DNA of 64,000 bases, taken from NCBI GenBank assembly GCA_964187785.1, contig OZ076412.1, forward strand, positions 620,001 to 684,000, in the 5' to 3' direction. This document shows, one piece after another, positions 24,801-38,166 of the stretch. Below the pieces are notes generated by a model. It made no database searches. It saw nothing but the letters and a program-made list of their open reading frames with translations, and was not told where the DNA came from. Each line of letters starts with the position of its first letter. Positions within the stretch are counted from its first letter, which is position 1. Origin of the DNA: Amphiscolops sp. MND2022 (lineage: Eukaryota). Made by a program: the position numbers and the translations under genes.

Positions 24801-25710
24801 CAAATCGTCCTGAATTTCTTTTTTGTATTCATTGAAAAAAAGTATCGAAACTTTTTTTGACGAAAATCACTTTTTTGGTTTTTCATGGAATTAACTTTGG
24901 GAAGCACACGAAGAACTTTTTCTCAAAGTATTGTAGAATAGTCTGTGATGCCCACCATATTCGCAGGTAAAACAAACGAAGTTAACATTTTAAAACAAAT
25001 AAAGTAACACTTTCTGACGGAGACTGCATCAGACCTAATTCATTAAATTTTTATGAAAAAAGTCCAGTAACAATGTTTCTCGAGAAGAGCAGAAATAAAA
25101 AAAAACATAATCGAAAGCTCAATTAAATTAAAGAATTCCTTCACGTGGATTCATTCAACCAAAACAAATCATTGTAACAATACTTCAAAATGTCGTTAAA
25201 ACCTAAAATTTCGTGCAGATTAGGACTGCAATGTTTCTCCCAAGGAAACTATATTGAACGAAACATGGAAGTGTCGGCCTCGAAAATGATTCAACCCTTA
25301 TTACATTAACCAAGTATTCCGAGCCGAAACAAAGACAATTGTTTAACGCGACGTATGTGGTCTGAGAACTAATACTTCTGCTATAGTATTGTGTTCAAAC
25401 AGTCCGAGCATTGCGTCAGTGTCTATGAGGGCGCCTAAGTTTCGGTGTGTATTTGAAATTCTTTATACGTACAAAGGAAAAGAGTTCTACCAACTTGTAA
25501 CAATTTCATGGAAAAATTTTCTGTCCAGAACCCAGTTGGTTAATTCATTGAGAAAATCAAGAACCAAATAATAAGAAGAGGAAACAAATCTAACTTTTTG
25601 ACAGAAACGATCATGCAATTGCTGTGGCGTTCATGTTCGATCTATGCTGCTGAGTTTTCAGTTGCTAAGAGGGTGAAAATCATAGTGGAACGTCAAAAAT
25701 TCTCTAGGTG
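24797..25710. repeat. Segment duplicated in two blocks at 28432-28925
   Basis: 24797-25050 matches 28432-28652 (TGATGCCCACCATATT.GCAGGTAAAACAAACGAAG) and 25505-25710 matches 28735-28925. Confidence 0.85.
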
Positions 25711-27602
25711 TTCGACCTTTGCCCCTAACTGCGAGTAACACAGCACACAATGAACTTCGCGATTCGTTTTTTTTCAATTTCTGTTTTTTTGTCGACAAAA
25801 CTTGGGCTTGGAACCAGTTGGCGAGGTTCAACTTGAGAGAATTCAAACTTCAATTTGAAACTTGACACCTTTATCATTTGAAATCAGCAACGTGAGGTGG
25901 TGAATACTACTTCCTAACTGTACTGTAATATGAAAAAGAGCTAGTGAAATAGCAACGCCCGAAACTTGAATAAGGCTGCATTGAATACTTTGATCCGATT
26001 TTTTGCGGAGAAAATATATTTCATTACGATGCACACCCCGGTAACGAACTAGCAGGATCCTGCTAGTTCGATTTTTCTCCAAGCAGAGCGTGAATATTTT
26101 TCGGAAGTTTAACACTTGTCACGTATTACGCGCATTGATAGGACGTTACACTAATTGGCATAGCTTTGACCAGTTTACACCATCGGAAACTACAGTAATT
26201 GACTAGTTTCGTTTGACAACTTTTCCTGATATTGCTCACGACCGGATCAAAATTCTAGCAGTGTAAATGTATTGGCGAAAATCGATCTTGTGTTACTAAC
26301 AGTCACAATTAGCTTCAACCTAAATGTGATTGTTAGTGCCACAGACTCGATCACCGCATACTCACGGACTCACATACGGACGGAAGTTCACATACCCACG
26401 GACTTATTGACTGCGCCACCATCCCCAACTTTCCGCTGCTTTGCATTTGGAATGAAAATGATCACCGAGTCTTGAATGCATATAAACATGGCGTAAGTTA
26501 GTCAAATCTTTGACCACATTCAGAGATGTCCATTTTTCTTCAAAATTTAAAGGGAATTTAATTTTTTTTCATTTACTTTAAAATAGCCATAACAACAATA
26601 ATTTAAAATATCGGGAATTTAAATTACGCGCGAATTTGAGTGTCAATAAAATGGCACTTGGTCCAAACTTTTAATTGCTGAGCGTGGTTTTTCAAGGCGT
26701 CTTCTATGTCATCGGACAGAAAAAACCAGCCCAAATGATTAAACTGAAGCATCGACTACACTTAGCGTTTTTAAGAACACTTTTATAAGAACACCTCGTG
26801 CCTCAAATTGCCGAAAATTTAGGAACATAAGAACTTTTTGAACCTCATTTTGCCGGATATTTAAGAACATTTGAGCCTCAATCTGTAGGTAGTTTTCATA
26901 TTTAAAAAACTGGGTGTAATTCTTTTTGTCACTTTTTAATAATTGCATGATAAATTAAATTATTGCAATTGTTTCTTTGTAATATAAATTATGAAAAATC
27001 ATATAAATGTGCATCACTGACCACATTCCACTTTTTGCAAACTGCAGATCTCTATACTTGCAATAAGTGGAAGTTTGACTATTTTCCATTACGCGCGTTG
27101 ACACAGTTACATCGTTCAGGCATAGACTGTCTTGACTAACGCTGAATGACCATTTTACGGATTACACATATTACGCTGCGTGACTAAAAACCATTTTACC
27201 GGGTTGTGTATCGTATCGTAATGTTTGAAATAGGCGTGTTCATTACAAAAGGACATTTGGTCCTTTTGGAGAATAATAGAAACATAAGGTGAAAATAAGG
27301 GTTCATTTCCGCTGGAAGTATCGAAGCATCTGTAACGATCCTCTGAGTAACTGGGTAAAAGCTAAGAGATTTTCTCATTAAAGAATTTTTTTTCAAAAAC
27401 AAAATGAGATAGCGGGGAATCGAAACAAGGTGTACCTGGGAGGGGAATAAGACATATGGTTCAATAAAATCACAGCAGTTTTTGTAACGAGTGTTCAAAC
27501 AACTTCCGGACCGCGCATCAGCATTTAACCCTTGTTTCATTTTCACATAATAAGATTTAATTTCAAACAAATTGATGTTTCTAAGTAACCAAACAACCGT
27601 GC

Positions 27603-27860
27603 AGGAAAAGCAACGCCCGATGCTGGAAAAAAATGACAATGTGATGCCGCCATAAAATCGAAAAAAAAGCCCCGGTGCTGGAAAAAAATGAATTGTTGCG
27701 TCTTACTGTTTTCCTTCAAAAAGCAACACCCGGTGCTGGAAAACTAGACTGCTATCGCGCCTTAAAATTTGAACGGAAATTTTTTACGCCCGGTGCTAAG
27801 GATACGAGGTTTTATTGTGCCTGAAGATTTGAACAAAAACTGCAACGCCCTTTGCTGAAA
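27603..27860 (+). repeat. ~58-bp minisatellite with GCAACGCCCGGTGCTG core, 5 units
   Basis: CCCG(G/A)TGCT recurs at ~27617, 27671, 27729 and 27789, with a decayed unit at ~27848. Confidence 0.8.
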
Positions 27861-29708
27861 AAAAATTAACAAGCCTTGTTATTATTACGCCTTTTCAGAC
27901 GGACAACTGACTAGTGATAAGAGTCTGAGTCTAATAAAAGAAAACTTAGTTTATTCAAAGTATCAACTACGACGTAATTTGCACTCTGATTTTTTTTTTT
28001 ACAACATTGACCTTTGAAGTTTCTATCAGGAAGGTACTTAGAAAACCTGCTCGGCGTAGATCACCTAGACATTGACCCAAGGGTTATAATGGTTTTGATA
28101 TATCAACCTATTTGAAAGAAAAGAAGCACCAAATTTCAGCCTTTCAATTTGTGACACTTTCGTTTTGTCATCAGCAAAATGAAACAAAAATTGGCCTGCC
28201 TCACAGAAAGGCAAATAAATTGACTCCACAGAAAAACTAATGACAAACAACAGATAGTACTATTTTCATTTCAAGAACGACACTTAGTTCCTACTGAAAA
28301 CTTTTGTATGGGGAGGCATTTAAAACAAGCGCGACACAATTCAACTAGCCACTGTTATGGATAACATTTTGGTATTCAGATATTATTCGGGACAGAGCTT
28401 GTCAAACTTTGCCAAAAACGGGTTATTCTAACAAATCGTCCTGATTTTCGTTTTTGTATTCAATGAAAAAAGTTTCGGAACCTTTTTTTTGGGTTTTTCA
28501 TTGAAAAAACTTTGAGAAACACACGAAAAACTTTTTCTCAAAGTATTGTTGATTAGTCTGTGATGCCCACCATATTTGCAGGTAAAACAAACGAAGTTAA
28601 CTTTTGAAAACAAATAAAGTAACACTTTCTGATGAAGACTGCATCAGACCTATTGATTGGGACATACAAATTATATGTATATGATGTTCTTCATACATCC
28701 AAAAAAATGAGGTCTACCCAATTAAAAAAACTATCGAAACGTTTTCTGTCCAGGACCCACTTAGGATATCCTCTGGGAATACTTTGAATAGAACAGGAAA
28801 AAAGAGGGAAAACAACAACTTTTTTAAGCAGGAACAATCATGCAATTGCAATGTCGTTCATGTTCGACCTGTGCTGTTGGGTTTTCAGTTGCTAAAAGTG
28901 TGAAAAATCAAAGCAGAAGGTCGAGCATTCTACATAATTTTTACTAGTTACCAAGATTTATATCTAAACTAATTGATGTTTATTATATGACCGAAAAAGC
29001 AAAGCCCGATGCTGGAAATTGAGACTGTGACTATGCTTTGAGATTCGAAAAAACCTGAGCAAAATAAAAGAAAACTTAGTTTATTCGAAACATGAAAAAA
29101 ATGTCCAGTTATCATAATTCTAGAAGCAGTAATCAAAATGAATAAGCAGAACAACTTACTTGGAGGTGGTGAAAGGAAACTCATTGGGTGTAACTTCTTG
29201 TTCCACACCTTCTTTTTGTCGCTTCTGACAAGTGTTTTTAGTAACATGCTGCTCCAATTTAGTCGTGCTTGCGCAAATTTACCCACATAGTTGACAAGTG
29301 CAGCGGAAAATGCTTTAAGTTTTTCGTGTTCGTTGGCCCTAAAAGCAGAATCGTGTGAAAACCTGAGAATTGATTTGCAAAACACAATCTCATGAGTTTA
29401 TAAATAATTTGGTGATTGATTTTTACATCTCCAAATAATTTTTGGACAGCCCTCAAATGAATGATCTAGCATTCCAATTTTCAACAGAGGCTTGAACGCA
29501 AACCAAGAACCTTCAGTTTTATTTAAATTCAGATACATTTTTTTTCACAAGCTGTTTTTGACTGTTTTTGGTGGTGGCGGTGAGGGGGATGGTTTGTTCA
29601 ACGGTAATTTTTGTTTACGGTGAATTCTCAATTAACATAAGAGCAAATAACATGAAAAGTAACTTAGTTTCAAATAACATCAAAATAAAATTGTTCATGA
29701 GAAAGTTT

Positions 29709-29872
29709 GGATCTTTTGTTAATTCCCCCTACCAATTCAATCCCCCCAGTTTTTATTACTCTAAAATACTCTACCTCTTTTTTAACTCTAACTGCAACTG
29801 AAAGTCATCGCTGTTACTGGGGGGGGTTCAAAATTTTCTCTCTTACTGTGGGGGAATTAACAGAAAAGATCC
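29709..29872. repeat. MITE-like inverted repeat pair (GGATCTTTT(CT)GTTAATTCCCCC...CCCCCCAGT / ACTGGGGGG...GGGGGAATTAACAGAAAAGATCC)
   Basis: Arms at 29709-29750 and 29816-29872; single arms also at ~12175-12220 and ~51338-51381. Confidence 0.75.
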
Positions 29873-32800
29873 GAAAGTTTTAGTGTTGAAAAGAGATTCA
29901 CTGAAAAGGTATGAGAAATACAGATCAAATTTCGTGAGTTCAATTGTTTAACCGGGTATTTGGATTTATTTTTTAAATCTAATTTCATATTTATGTTAAA
30001 TGGGAATCATTTCGCTTTTATGTTATTTGCTCTTTTGTAATTTGGTACAAACTCTTTGTTTACTAACCCAGGCATCTTGACTGATGGCGACTGAACAACC
30101 ACTTTTGATTGGTTTTGACCTCCTTCGCGCAGTGAGTGCAGTATAAATGCATATCTTGTTCCGAAAATGAGTGATGATCAATTTTTAGTTTTCCATTCAG
30201 GATTTGAAAACAAATTTTTAAATACAATTTTTACGTCCTTGAGTGCAACCATAATATCGTCGAAAAGAAAATGCAAAACTTTACTTCACTTTTTGAAACA
30301 AATGTGAAAACTGAAACATCAAAACCGAACAAAAGAAACATGATCATCACTGATAGCGATGGAAATATTGTGATTTGAATGGGCGAGTAGACGATAGGTG
30401 TTCCAATTCTGATTGAGAGCGAACGCAACCGAATGATAGAGAGAGTGGAGATTGAAGGGCGACTGCGCTGGAAGAAGCAATGAGATGAGTCACATGAATC
30501 ACCTCTTTGAACTCCGCAGCTCGCTTAGTTACAATCATAAACAAACATTGCTTGCACGACGCTGCACTGTTCAACTAGTAGAATTTCTAGCGCACTCCTT
30601 TTTTCGTTGTCAAAACCAAGAGAGTTGATTCCCGAAAAACGAGCGGCAGCTCGGAATATAAACTCGGACTCCTTTCTTTCAAAACAAAACTTGGTTTCAA
30701 AACACGAACGTCGAGTTGAAAAAAGAATGTAAACAGAAAGTAGTTACCGAACTGCGCTACGCGCAATATTTTTTTTTCTTTTTCGTTTGTATCAAAGAAA
30801 CAGGGAGAACTAGTGCTTCTCAAAAAAAGATTTATGGACCATGTCATCTGTTCCCTCCCGGCCCTCAACTGCGGAGGGGAAAAGACAGAAGGTTCAAATA
30901 CCAATATGTCGACATCGTTTGGGGTGAATTTTTGGTCCAATGAAAAAATTGATGTCTACATAACATATCCACTAACTTCACTGTCAATTAAAAGTTCCTT
31001 ATTCGATTGTATAGTTTTCGTTTATAGGAAAAGTTTGCGCGCGCTGAAATATGGCCCTTTTTCAGGGACACGCAATAAATTATTAACTGCAATATTTCTT
31101 CAAAATAATTTATTCTTTGACCCTATTTTTTGAACTAGTTTTCAAAAGTTAGCTTACAAATAATTGAGGGAAAATTGGGTCAAACTTCAAATTTTACTAT
31201 TATTAATATTTCTGGGGAATAATCCGTCAACAGGCCTTCAGAACCGGATATACAAACCTCACTATTCTGCATAAAAAATACTTTTAATGTTTTCTATGTT
31301 AATAGGTCCCTTTGGAATAGTCAAAATGTTCAAAGTTTGATGATTCCTGATGATAATTAACATTCTGAAGATTGCGTTTTGACAAAAAAAAGTATTGCAA
31401 ATATTCAAATCAAAAAAATATCAATAATTTATTCAACAGGCCAAAAAATATTCAACAGGCCAAAACAGGTTCAAAATTTTCTCTCTTACTGTGGGGGAAT
31501 TAACAGAAAAGATCCGAAAGTTTTAGTGTTGAAAAGAGATTCACTGAAAAGGTATGAGAAATACAGATCAAATTTCGTGAGTTCAATTGTTTAACCGGGT
31601 ATTTGGATTTATTTTTTAAATCTAATTTCATATTTATGTTAAATGGGAATCATTTCGCTTTTATGTTATTTGCTCTTTTGTAATTTGGTACAAACTCTTT
31701 GTTTACTAACCCAGGCATCTTGACTGATGGCGACTGAACAACCACTTTTGATTGGCTTTGACCTCCTTCGCGCAGTGAGTGCAGTATAAATGCATATCTT
31801 GTTCCGAAAATGAGTGATGATCAATTTTTAGTTTTCCATTCAGGATTTGAAAACAAAGTTTTAAATACAATTTTTACGTCCTTGAGTGCAACCATAATAT
31901 CGTCGAAAAGAAAATGCAAAACTTTACTTCACTTTTTGAAACAAATGTGAAAACTGAAACATCAAAACCGAACAAAAGAAACATGATCATCACTGATAGC
32001 GATGGAAATATTGTGATTTGAATGGGCGAGTAGACGATAGGTGTTCCAATTCTGATTGAGAGCGAACGCAACCGAATGATAGAGAGAGTGGAGATTGAAG
32101 GGCGACTGCGCTGGAAGAAGCAATGAGATGAGTCACATGAATCACCTCTTTGAACTCCGCAGCTCGCTTAGTTACAATCATAAACAAACATTGCTTGCAC
32201 GACGCTGCACTGTTCAACTAGTAGAATTTCTAGCGCACTCCTTTTTTCGTTGTCAAAACCAAGAGAGTTGATTCCCGAAAAACGAGCGGCAGCTCGGAAT
32301 ACAAACTCGGACTCCTTTCTTTCAAAACAAAACTTGGTTTCAAAACACGAACGTCGAGTTGAAAAAAGAATGTAAACAGAAAGTAGTTACCGAACTGCGC
32401 TACGCGCTATATTTTTTTTTCTTTTTCGTTTGTATCAAAGAAACAGGGAGAACTAGTGCTTCTCAAAAAAAGATTTATGGACCATGTCATCTGTTCCCTC
32501 CCGGCCCTCAACTGCGGAGGGGAAAAGACAGAAGGTTCAAATACCAATATTTCGACATCGTTTGGGGTGAATTTTTGGTCCAATGAAAAAATTGATGTCT
32601 ACATAACATATCCACTAACTTCACTGTCAATTAAAAGTTCCTTATTCGATTGTATAGTTTTCGTTTATAGGAAAAGTTTGCGCGCGCTGAAATATGGCCC
32701 TTTTTCAGGGACACGCAATAAATTATTACCTGCAATATTTCTTCAAAATAATTTATTCTTTGACCCTATTTTTTGAACTAGTTTTCAAAAGTTAGCTTAC

Positions 32801-33095
32801 AAATAATTGCGGGAAAATTGGGTCAAACTTCAAATTTTACTATTATTAATATTTCTGGGGAATAATCCGTCAACAGGCCTTCAGAACCGGATATACAAAC
32901 CTCACTATTCTGCATAAAAAATACTTTTAATGTTTTCTATGTTAATAGGTCCCTTTGGAATAGTCAAAATGTTCAAAGTTTGATGATTCCTGATGATAAT
33001 TAACATTCTGAAGTTTGCGTTTTGACAAAAAAAAGTATTGCAAACATTCAAATCAAAAAAATATCAATAATTTATTCAACAGGCCAAAAAATATT
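29825..33095. repeat. Tandem duplication of a 1643-bp segment
   Basis: Copies start GGTTCAAAATTTTCTC at 29825 and 31468; the ORF track is duplicated with offset 1643; near-identical. Confidence 0.97.
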
Positions 33096-33859
33096 GAATT
33101 TTTGCTGCGTAAAAGCATTAGTATTGCAAAAATGTCATAGCTTCTCCCTGCCATTTTTTTACAATTTTAGCTTGTTCTAAACGTGAATTTCTGCCAGGGC
33201 TGTAAAAATATAAATACAGTATTGATTGTACTCTCAATATAAAGATATTGTACTTTCTTCTGCCACAAATTAATTTAGTTTCTTGTTTCTACCAAATTGT
33301 TGATCAAAAAACAATTATTGTTCAAAATTGAGTTGATTCAAAAAGAACAAAAATCAAGAAACCCAAACAAAATTTTTTCAATCCTTCAGGACCGGCTTCC
33401 CGACATATTGTTTCATTATTTTATCAATTTGAACATAAGTGGACGAAAACTTCCTAGAGCGTACATTGAACAATGAATTAAAATCAGTAAAATCGAGGTT
33501 TCAATTTCACAATGGTTTTCCATTGGGGGATGGGGGGTGCTGGTGTTTTGATTTTATGAATTTATGATTGTGCATGAATTGCCAAATGCGCATAACGTTT
33601 TTGTTACTGCAAGTTCAAGTCCGTTTTACATCGTTTCAAACAATAAACTAAGTTAACTAATTATATGAGGACTTCATTTTGATGTAATTCGTTAATTGTT
33701 TCAAACGCTACTCCAGTTAGAGAGTTTTGGATCAAATCAATTGATAAAAAGTGTTTCTTCCTCATATGTTCCCAACCACCTTATGATTCTCAATCACCGA
33801 GCGTTGCTATTTTAAGCCGAGTCAAACAACCAATTTAAAAACACTAGCTGAAAGGATTT

Positions 33860-34030
33860 TGTTGGCACAGCCGTCCTTGTGTTAGTACAATTTCGACCGC
33901 ACCTTATATCGAAAATAGTTCCGACCTTGTGCTAGTAAAAATTCGACAGCACCTCTTATCGCAAATGGGTCCGACCTTGTGCTAGTAAAAAATGTCTTGT
34001 CATACCTAAAAAAGTGTGGATTCACGAAAA
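33860..34030 (-). repeat. Inverted relative of the 49-bp ACAAGGTCGG minisatellite
   Basis: GTCCGACCTTGTGCTAGTAAAA repeats; the flanking ACTGAGTTTAC matches the reverse complement of ~20700-20715. Confidence 0.7.
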
Positions 34031-34352
34031 CTGAGTTTACATTTCACTCGATCAACTGAATTGTTTGTAACAAAATCATTGTAGATAACTAGAAATGACA
34101 GATGCCAAGTAGCAAACGAAAGTTCCTGATAATTAGGGTGATCAAAGTAATTAAGAGAATAAATTTCGCTTCATGACTGAGAGATCTTTTTAATTACTTT
34201 CAGTCAATATCTATGTTTGTAGCTACATTTAACAGTAGTCAAGTGGTTGATAACTTGCTTGTTTCTAGTAACCTTTTCACAGTTACCCTTGAAACCACTC
34301 AACTTATCTCGTGCCGAAACCGAATGTGTGTTCTATAGTGTGGTAGAGCACT

Positions 34353-35409
34353 TGTTGTAAACTAGAGAAAACAGGGGAGATTAATTAAGTACACTATTTA
34401 TTAACAACCTGTCAAAATATGCAAAACTGACAAAAAAAACAATCTAACAATGCCGACACTTAAGCCATACAATACAGTTTCTCACACTACTTCCTATTCT
34501 TACTAGCCTCGTTCTAAGTTGAGCTAGACTATAACATATGAATTCAATTCAACCAACAGAATGGGAAAAACGAATATTGAAAGCGAGAAAACAAAAATCA
34601 GAAACGGAACTGTTTGTGATAGACTATGGAAAGTTAGCGATGAAATGGCCTCTCTCATCACACTGTTTTTGCAAATTGGAAGTTTTCAAGCAGTTCTTGG
34701 TAGTAGGTGGATCAGCTGCATGTAGGTCAAGGCGTCTTCTAGCGCAAGGTCAAGGCTTTCCAAGGCATGGTAGCAAAGAACTTCATACTGTCTTAAAAAA
34801 TAGTGACTCTGGATACATTCACACTTTGCATTTTCAGGATTTTTGCGGAGGGGGTGGCACTAGATCCGCCTACTTAGAACGATAGCAAATTTTCATCGAT
34901 CGTTCTGTGTAGGTCCAACGGAATCTTGGGATGATTACATCAGCTAATCCATTTTTCTGCATCTCTTTGGGCAGATTCCATTCGAGGTGCAAGTACGCTT
35001 TTTGGAACAAAAGCATTCAGAGGGAAAGGATGAAAAAAAGACAAAGAGAAAAATACCGTGGTTGAGATACACACATAGATAGAGAGTTAGAGAGAGTCGA
35101 AAGCGAAACTGAACTGACTGATTTGAAACTACTCTGAACGATAGAATGAGCCAGTTGAGAAACCAATTACGAGAGATATAAGTGGAAAGAGAAAGTGTAC
35201 CGAAAAGCAAGAGCCTGGTGAAGAAGGTAATATACGATATGACTCACTGGCAATTAACAAATAATAGCGTTCTTCTTTCTTCGCGAATGAACGACAGATA
35301 AATAACAGCTTTATTCAATAGTAGAGTAGTATCGATTAGCGAAATGAGTTGATTCATCATAATCGAAAGTAGTCGATGAAAGCACAACACCGCGTTACTC
35401 ATTGTTACA
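34353..35409 (-). mobile_element. LTR-like segment (probable solo or partial LTR)
   Basis: Minus strand begins TGTAACA at 35409, contains AATAAA, and has a candidate end TTACAACA at 34353. No matching TSD for these ends. Confidence 0.4.
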
Positions 35410-35900
35410 TAGGGATATTCTGTTCAAAAATTCAGGATTAATGATTTGGTAATTAGGTAATTAATAGTTGACTCTAGTGACGGTTTGAGGTTGAATTGAT
35501 TTTTTTCATTTTTTTGCGCGAGGTGGTCTAAAATGACGGATCGTGAACGAAGTCTTTGTATTACAAGTCGGATCCACAGACACCTGTAATGAAAGGAATA
35601 ACGAGGAAATTTTCGGGGTAAAACTGTATTAGTATTTTGTGACAGTTTTTGCTATAGGAAATTTTGAAATTAATTGGTTGGACCTTAAAGCTTGTAGATT
35701 TTTCGCATCTTGTAGGCTGGAGGGGCATTAGCAAAGAAGATGAGATTTACATGTACAATGTGTACCGGAGACATACGACGCATGTTTCGGAATCTTACAA
35801 GTTTTCGAGAAAGACATCTCTGAGTTTCATGCATCCTATTTGAAAAAAAAACGCACGGTGTAGATTCAAATCGACATTCTACGGCAGGAAAGTATTTTAG

Positions 35901-36050
35901 TTTACCTCTCGGCCATAGCGCCTTGTTATTAGACGGTTCGACTGTAGCCTTAATTTTGTTTGCTCCGTTTAAACAACTTGTTTGGAACGAACTAAGCAGA
36001 AAAAGAAACGCGTGGTGTTACTTGCACAGCTTGTATAAAATGAACGATAC
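35901..36050 (+). repeat. Family B repeat, second copy
   Basis: Matches 10517-10700. Confidence 0.75.
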
Positions 36051-36216
36051 GGACAAAAAAGCCATTAAAGCGCTTAGGAAAATACTAGGAGTTGACAATT
36101 TTCCTAACGTCATCAATATTCCAGGAAGAATGGTTCACTTTCGAAAACGTCGCATTTCAAGGTTATTGGGTGACAAGTTTTTTTTCTTTTATATCTGAAT
36201 ACTTGGAATTTGTCAG

Positions 36217-38160
36217 TTGCTGACATATAATTTTGCTTACAAAATAATTGCAATCATATGCAGCTAATTGCATTCAAATCAATAATGTTTTAACTGCCTA
36301 AATTCAAACAAATTAAGGTTACACCACTTTTATTGCATTTAATTGGAAATCAACGTTTGAAATCCTGGTTATTAGTATTTTTATTGTGTTTTTCCATTGG
36401 ACTCGTTGTTTCGACGCGCACAATACATAATTTGTATTATAAATGACCGGATGAAGTTGTTTAGAAAAAGCAACGGTGCATCCAGAGGGTGGGGTGTCAC
36501 GAAGCAGATTATTCACTAAGCAGCTTCGCTTCGCTCCTGCCTTTAGGGCACTAGGAGTATGTGAACATAGCTGGCAAGGGGAAAATAAAAAATTCGTTTT
36601 TTTTTTCATATTTCTGAACAGACTTCGTTCCAGTCCGCCCGCGTCAGCCAATCAGAATGCAGAGAATCATACAGTGCTACGTAACTTTTGTCTTAGTGAA
36701 TACTTCCGGTTTTTCCGCTTAGTGAATATTCTGCTTCGTGGAAAACCCCCCATACAGAGTTGCACAATAAATAATTTATTTGAAAATAAATTGGAGGACT
36801 AAAACAAAATTATTTTTGATAAAATCAAGATGCACCGCGTATTATGATTTATAACGAACGAATTAGAACGAACGAATGAAAATAGCAACGCCTGGTGCTC
36901 GCGCAGTGTATGATTTAGAATGAACGAATAACAATAGCAACGCCCGGTGCTAGCGCAGTGTGTGATTTAGATTGAACGAATAAAAATAGCAACGCCCGGT
37001 GACTCGCCCAGTGTATGATTTACAGTAGCGTTCTAAAAGGTCGTGCAGTGGTTGATTTAGAGGTCAATCAAAATTTAGAGGTCTTTATGGTCATATAATG
37101 TATTTTTGTGAAATTATTGTGTATTATACAGTAGTGATAATCAGGAATAATAAATTCCGGCACTAATTTTCTCAAAACGGCGGTGCTATTTTATTCGAAT
37201 TGGGCACTCCTATTTGTTAAAATCGGCACTCAAAAATTAACGAAGAAACAATGGATTTTTTTCATAAATGTTTTTTATATTTTATGAAAAGCAGCATATC
37301 AAGAGTTTCTTCGTGCCTTTGCCGCTGCTATCCTCAAACCATTACTTTTTGCGGTCAAATGTTCCAGTTGCCCAAGGAGGATTTTGGCGACGGGGTTCGC
37401 AGTCTCACTCAGATCGATTAGAATCAAATCGTAATTTTTTTGGACGTGATAATTTCGCGATAGTTGAAACCGTATAGCACGTGAAGTTTATCCCGCTTGC
37501 TTCGGCATGCTTGAATTTATTGGTTTATTTTGGACCTTTCGCAGCGCCGAAACTTATTCTCCCTGGTGACAATTTTAAACGCAACAAAAGGCAAATATCA
37601 AAATCGAATATCTATAAAATAGCGGGGATTTTTGAAATTGATAAAAATGAATATATTTTTGGGCAAGTATTATAGTCAGATTCGAAATGTTTAGAATTTT
37701 TCTGTCAAAGTTATTTTGAAATCAAAAAAATTTAAGTGGGTCAGCCAAAGAGATTTGTTTATCACTGGGTGCATTTGTCGAATTTACCAAAAAACTTTTT
37801 CCTGCCACTGCCATCAAGACGCTTCCTCAAAACAAAGGAACCAAAAAAGTCGAGGTTGAATTGAATGAAATTGAGTTTAAACTGCTGATCGGACCTTTCA
37901 CAGCGCCGAAACTTATTCTTCCTGGTGATAATATTAAATAATATTAAATGCAACAAAAAGTAAATATCAAAATCGAACATCTCTAAAATAGCAGGGATTT
38001 TTGAAAATGGTAAAAATGAATACACTTTTGAGCAAGAATTATAGTCAGATTCGAAATGTTTAGAAGAATTTTTCAGTTGAAATTATTTCGAAAACAAAAA
38101 AATAGTAAATAGGTCAGCCAATGAGATTTGTTTGTCACTGGGTGCCTTAGTCGAATTTAC
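36217..38160 (+). repeat. Family A repeat, copy 2, plus a local re-duplication of its 3' part
   Basis: 36217-37889 is colinear with 6769-8354; 37890-38160 repeats ~37533-37790 (GGACCTTTC.CAGCGCCGAAACTTATTC). Confidence 0.9.
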
Positions 38161-38166
38161 AAAAAA

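Noticed and set aside
24770-24990. Spliced C2HC finger joining FVCFTCEY to TTARRFDLTRHKSEC
   Set aside because: The spacing would be perfect, but the only obvious GT/AG pair (TATG|GTGGG ... TTCAG|GAC) shifts the frame, so I cannot support it.
34134-35414. TAGGG as TSD for a 1271-bp LTR (34139-35409)
   Set aside because: The left end would read TGATCA, not a typical LTR terminus; the 5-bp match could be chance.
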